From contig JAZGFI010000222.1 of the NCBI GenBank assembly GCA_036479435.1, positions 1 to 17,352 of the forward strand: a DNA stretch of 17,352 nucleotides. The letters are read 5' to 3'. Position numbers and translations under genes: made by a program. Each line of letters opens with the position of its first letter. The first letter of the stretch is position 1. This document shows, piece by piece, positions 14,445-17,352 of this stretch. The notes beneath the pieces were generated by a model, which was not told where the DNA came from, did not search any database, and saw only the letters and a program-made list of their open reading frames with translations. The stretch is from Planctomycetota bacterium. GTDB taxonomy: Bacteria > Planctomycetota > GCA-002687715 > DRQF01.

Positions 14445-17039
14445 ATGCGTGACCGCTTCCTAGCCTATTGCGTCGATCTCGCCCTGAACCGCCCCGCTTT
14501 GGTGTTGGGCTTGGCACTGTTGTTGGCCGTTTTGGGCGGCGGCACCGCGATGGCTTTTTTGCGCCTCAATGCCAACACCGACGATCTGATCGCTCCGGAT
14601 CGTCCCTACATGAAAAGTTACCGCGAATTCCTCGATAGCTGGGGCGACCTCGAACCCATCTGGGTTGTCGTGGAGCACCAAGATCAACCGGATAAGGCCC
14701 AGCTCGCGGTCGACGCGCTCGGGTTGGCGCTGCGCGCGGAAGACAATTTTTCCAGTGTCCATTGGAAGATACCCGCGGCCGAACAGGCGGCGATCGCCAC
14801 CCGCGCGATGCCGCAGAGCGACCTTGACGACTTAGCCGAGGCTAAAGACGCGTTTCCAGCATTGCTGAGTTCGGGCAACACCGGCACGCTCATGCGTGAC
14901 GCCCGCCAAAGGCTCAACCGCCTGATCGCGGCCGGGGCCTTTTTGGACGACAAACGACAACGGCGCCTTGCCGCGGCGGCCTTTTTAGAAACCGACATCC
15001 TGCTTGCGGCTTTGCCTGGCGCGGAACCCAACTCCGCGTCGCCGCGATCGGCAGCGGAGTTCTATCCCCAAGATGAATACCTGAAATCCAACTCGGGGCG
15101 CTTTTTCTACTTGCGCGTCGACCCCGACAAAAACTACGGGACCCTCGCCGTTATCGAGGAGCCTCTGGCCAAACTTCGCGCTCGCCTCGCCGATCTTGAA
15201 ACTCGCTTTCCCGAACTTTCTTTTGGTCTCACCGGCAAGCCTGTGCTCCAGGCCGACGAGATGGCGACGACTGATCGCGATATGACACGAGCTTCCATCG
15301 CGGCCATCTTGCTCGTGGCCTTACTGTTCATGCTGATCATCGGTGGGATTGTGCGCCCTTTGCTCGCCGTAGCCTCCTTGTTGATCGCAATCTTGTGGAC
15401 TTTTGGCTTCGCGACCTTGGCGGTCGGTCAGCTCAACTTATTGAGTGTGGTCTTCACCTTGGTCTTGGTCGGTATCGGTATTGACTTCGGTGTACACGTC
15501 GTCGCTCGCTACTTGGAGGCTTCCGCGACGCTCCCACGACGCGAGGCCATTCGGGAGGCGGTCATGCGGTCGGGACGCGGCAACCTCAGTGGTGCCATCA
15601 CGTCCAGCCTCGCCTTTTTCATGGCGACCCTCACCGGCTTTCGCGGGCTCGAAGAACTGGGAATCATCGCCGGCTCAGGTCTTTTGCTCTGCGCCCTCAG
15701 CATGACCGTGGTCTTGCCTGCTCTTTTGAGTTTCGTGCCGCAGCGAGTGGCGAAAAGCCGAAAGACGTCGGGCCCGCCTAATCTGAGCCCCAAGCCGTTC
15801 AGCCCAAAAAGAGGTCGCCTCGTTCTGGGCGGGCTCGCCGTCTTCACTATGATCTTGATCGGATTTCTGCCGCGGCTACGTTTTGATGACAACATCCTCG
15901 AACTGCAAGCCGCCGACCTCGACTCCGTGCATTGGGAGCGCCGAATCTTGGAGGAAGAAGGCGCTGAAACCTGGTTTGGCGCCTCCATCTCGGTGAGCCG
16001 CGAAGAACTCAGGCAAAAAAACGAGGCCGCAGCCGCCGAGAGCGCGATCGGTTCGACCCACAGCGTCTTGGACTTCATCGCGCCCCGTACAGACGAACGC
16101 CTCGCACGCCGCGCCGCGATCGCTTCCGCATCCGCCGCGGCCTTCGAAGTCGAGGCGCAAGATGCCGATTGGGATGCCAAGGACCTTGAGAAACTCAGCG
16201 CCGCTTACCGACGGCTCGCTCGCCTCGTCGGCAAAAAGTCGGCCGACGACCTCCCGGAGATCCAATCTCGCCTTAGCTCCCTCGAAGCCCTCGCCGCGCA
16301 GCCCAAAGCGTCCGTCGACGCATCCGTGGCCCGCGGCATGGATTTTTTCCGCCGCCTCATCCGCGGCAACGCAGCGTCGCTACGAAAAGCCCTCCCCGTT
16401 CTCCCCCGCCGCCTTTTTGTTGACGACAACAATCGACTGCTGTTGATGATGCACCCCGCATCAAACATCTGGGACCTTGAGAACATGGAGAAGTTTGTGG
16501 CGGCGATGCGCCGCGTGGACGCCAAAGTAACGGGCGCTCCCATCACCCACCTCGAATCGATCCGCGACATGCGCTCCGGCTTTGTCCGGGCCGCTCTCTT
16601 CGCCTTCATCGCCGTGTTTTTGGTGATGCTTTTGGATTTCCGCAACCTCGGCCTGACCTTGCTGGCCATCTTGCCCTTAGGTTTGGCGGGCTTGTGGCTC
16701 TGCGGCCTAATGGGCTTGCTCGGTCTCTCCTTTAACCTCGCCAACTTCTTCTCGGTCCCGATCTTGATCGGCATCGGCGTCGACAACGGCATCCACCTCG
16801 TCCACCGCTGGCGCGAAAACGAGCACGAGCACGAGCACGAGCTAAGCCTCGGTGCCACCCGTCGCGCCGTTCTTATGACTTCACTCACCACGGCCGTCGG
16901 ATTCGGCTGTCTTGCGACAGCCAGTCACTTGGGACTCCGCAGCCTCGGCTACATCATGGCCCTGGGCAGCCTTTGCATCCTCGCCAGCTCGCTTTTGGTC
17001 TTGCCCACTGTCTTTGGCTTTCTACGCCGCCGGCCTTGA
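14445..17039 (+). CDS. hpnN: MMPL/RND-family transporter, HpnN-like hopanoid transporter, 864 aa
   Basis: Two MMPL halves with LVGIGIDFGVH and LIGIGVDNGIH TM motifs, LTGKPVLQADE, GQLNLLSVVF, FNLANFFSVPILIG, ASHLGLRSLG; 1-nt gap after the hpnO-like stop. Confidence 0.8.
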   Translation: MRDRFLAYCVDLALNRPALVLGLALLLAVLGGGTAMAFLRLNANTDDLIAPDRPYMKSYREFLDSWGDLEPIWVVVEHQDQPDKAQLAVDALGLALRAEDNFSSVHWKIPAAEQAAIATRAMPQSDLDDLAEAKDAFPALLSSGNTGTLMRDARQRLNRLIAAGAFLDDKRQRRLAAAAFLETDILLAALPGAEPNSASPRSAAEFYPQDEYLKSNSGRFFYLRVDPDKNYGTLAVIEEPLAKLRARLADLETRFPELSFGLTGKPVLQADEMATTDRDMTRASIAAILLVALLFMLIIGGIVRPLLAVASLLIAILWTFGFATLAVGQLNLLSVVFTLVLVGIGIDFGVHVVARYLEASATLPRREAIREAVMRSGRGNLSGAITSSLAFFMATLTGFRGLEELGIIAGSGLLLCALSMTVVLPALLSFVPQRVAKSRKTSGPPNLSPKPFSPKRGRLVLGGLAVFTMILIGFLPRLRFDDNILELQAADLDSVHWERRILEEEGAETWFGASISVSREELRQKNEAAAAESAIGSTHSVLDFIAPRTDERLARRAAIASASAAAFEVEAQDADWDAKDLEKLSAAYRRLARLVGKKSADDLPEIQSRLSSLEALAAQPKASVDASVARGMDFFRRLIRGNAASLRKALPVLPRRLFVDDNNRLLLMMHPASNIWDLENMEKFVAAMRRVDAKVTGAPITHLESIRDMRSGFVRAALFAFIAVFLVMLLDFRNLGLTLLAILPLGLAGLWLCGLMGLLGLSFNLANFFSVPILIGIGVDNGIHLVHRWRENEHEHEHELSLGATRRAVLMTSLTTAVGFGCLATASHLGLRSLGYIMALGSLCILASSLLVLPTVFGFLRRRP
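16819..16842 (+). repeat. In-frame hexanucleotide tandem repeat (ACGAGC)x4 encoding EHEHEHE
   Basis: Four perfect consecutive ACGAGC units in the loop following the GIGVDNGIH helix of the MMPL protein. Confidence 0.9.
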
Positions 17040-17089
17040 GTCTCGGTTAGGTAGTGTAATTCCTGAGGAAGCCGCCCTGGAGATCGCTC

Positions 17090-17352
17090 ATGCACCTGCT
17101 CAAAAATCCCACCTTGCTCAAAGATCAGTTTCGCGGCGCCGAGCCCTTTCCGCACATCGTCATCGATGGGCTGTTTGACGATGCCTATCTCGATGCCTTG
17201 GTGGCGCAGTTTCCGACAGTCGCCGATGACGTTTGGCAGTCGTTTTCCGACGAGAATGAGATCAAGCGCGGCTATCACTACGAAACACTGCTTCAGTTCG
17301 ACCTGCAGGCATTTTTGTTCTTGATGAACTCACCGATCATGCTGCTCTTTTT
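17090..17352 (+). CDS. 2OG-Fe(II) oxygenase (prolyl-hydroxylase-like), 5' part, truncated by the window edge
   Basis: Not in the ORF track. GGAG at 17079-17082, ATG 17090, open to the window end: MHLLKNPTLLKDQFRGAEPFPHIVIDGLFDDAYLDALVAQFPTVADDVWQSFSDENEIKRGYHYETLLQFDLQAFLFLMNSPIMLLF. The AxPFPHxVIDxxF...FP start is typical of this family; the HxD...H motif would lie beyond the window. Confidence 0.75.
   Translation, partial: MHLLKNPTLLKDQFRGAEPFPHIVIDGLFDDAYLDALVAQFPTVADDVWQSFSDENEIKRGYHYETLLQFDLQAFLFLMNSPIMLLF

Noticed and set aside
16949..17278. Minus-strand 109-aa ORF
   Set aside because: Antisense shadow of the plus-strand 2OG-Fe(II) oxygenase start, which has an RBS and a family motif.
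1..17352. Prophage, IS element, defence system, tRNA or rRNA
   Set aside because: No integrase, transposase, phage or defence motifs, no recognisable structural RNA, and no obvious compositional break.

Overview
GC-rich bacterial chromosomal segment with no mobile element, RNA gene or CRISPR array that I can support. The gene mix (MqnB-type nucleosidase, 4-domain S1 protein with long N-terminal extension, PDZ-inserted HtrA pseudoprotease, secretin-like protein with an IAPESW-type N3 motif) suggests Planctomycetota; this is inference only. Left half, mostly minus strand: a coupled three-gene exported cluster (active HtrA/S1C protease, degenerate HtrA-like partner with an inserted PDZ, C45 Ntn-hydrolase lipoprotein), an internally duplicated secretin-like protein, an orphan receiver-domain protein, a plus-strand SGNH-like hydrolase, an S1-domain protein and clpP. 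Right half, plus strand, closely spaced: DUF2254-like membrane protein, MqnB-like nucleosidase, exodeoxyribonuclease III, HpnO-like class III aminotransferase, HpnN-like MMPL transporter and the 5' end of a 2OG-Fe(II) oxygenase missing from the ORF track. Best candidates for something new: (i) an amino-hopanoid tailoring/export locus with an MqnB-type nucleosidase possibly standing in for HpnG plus a candidate hydroxylase, (ii) the protease/pseudoprotease/Ntn-hydrolase operon, (iii) the tandem double-secretin protein. All family calls come from motif recognition by eye, not database searches.
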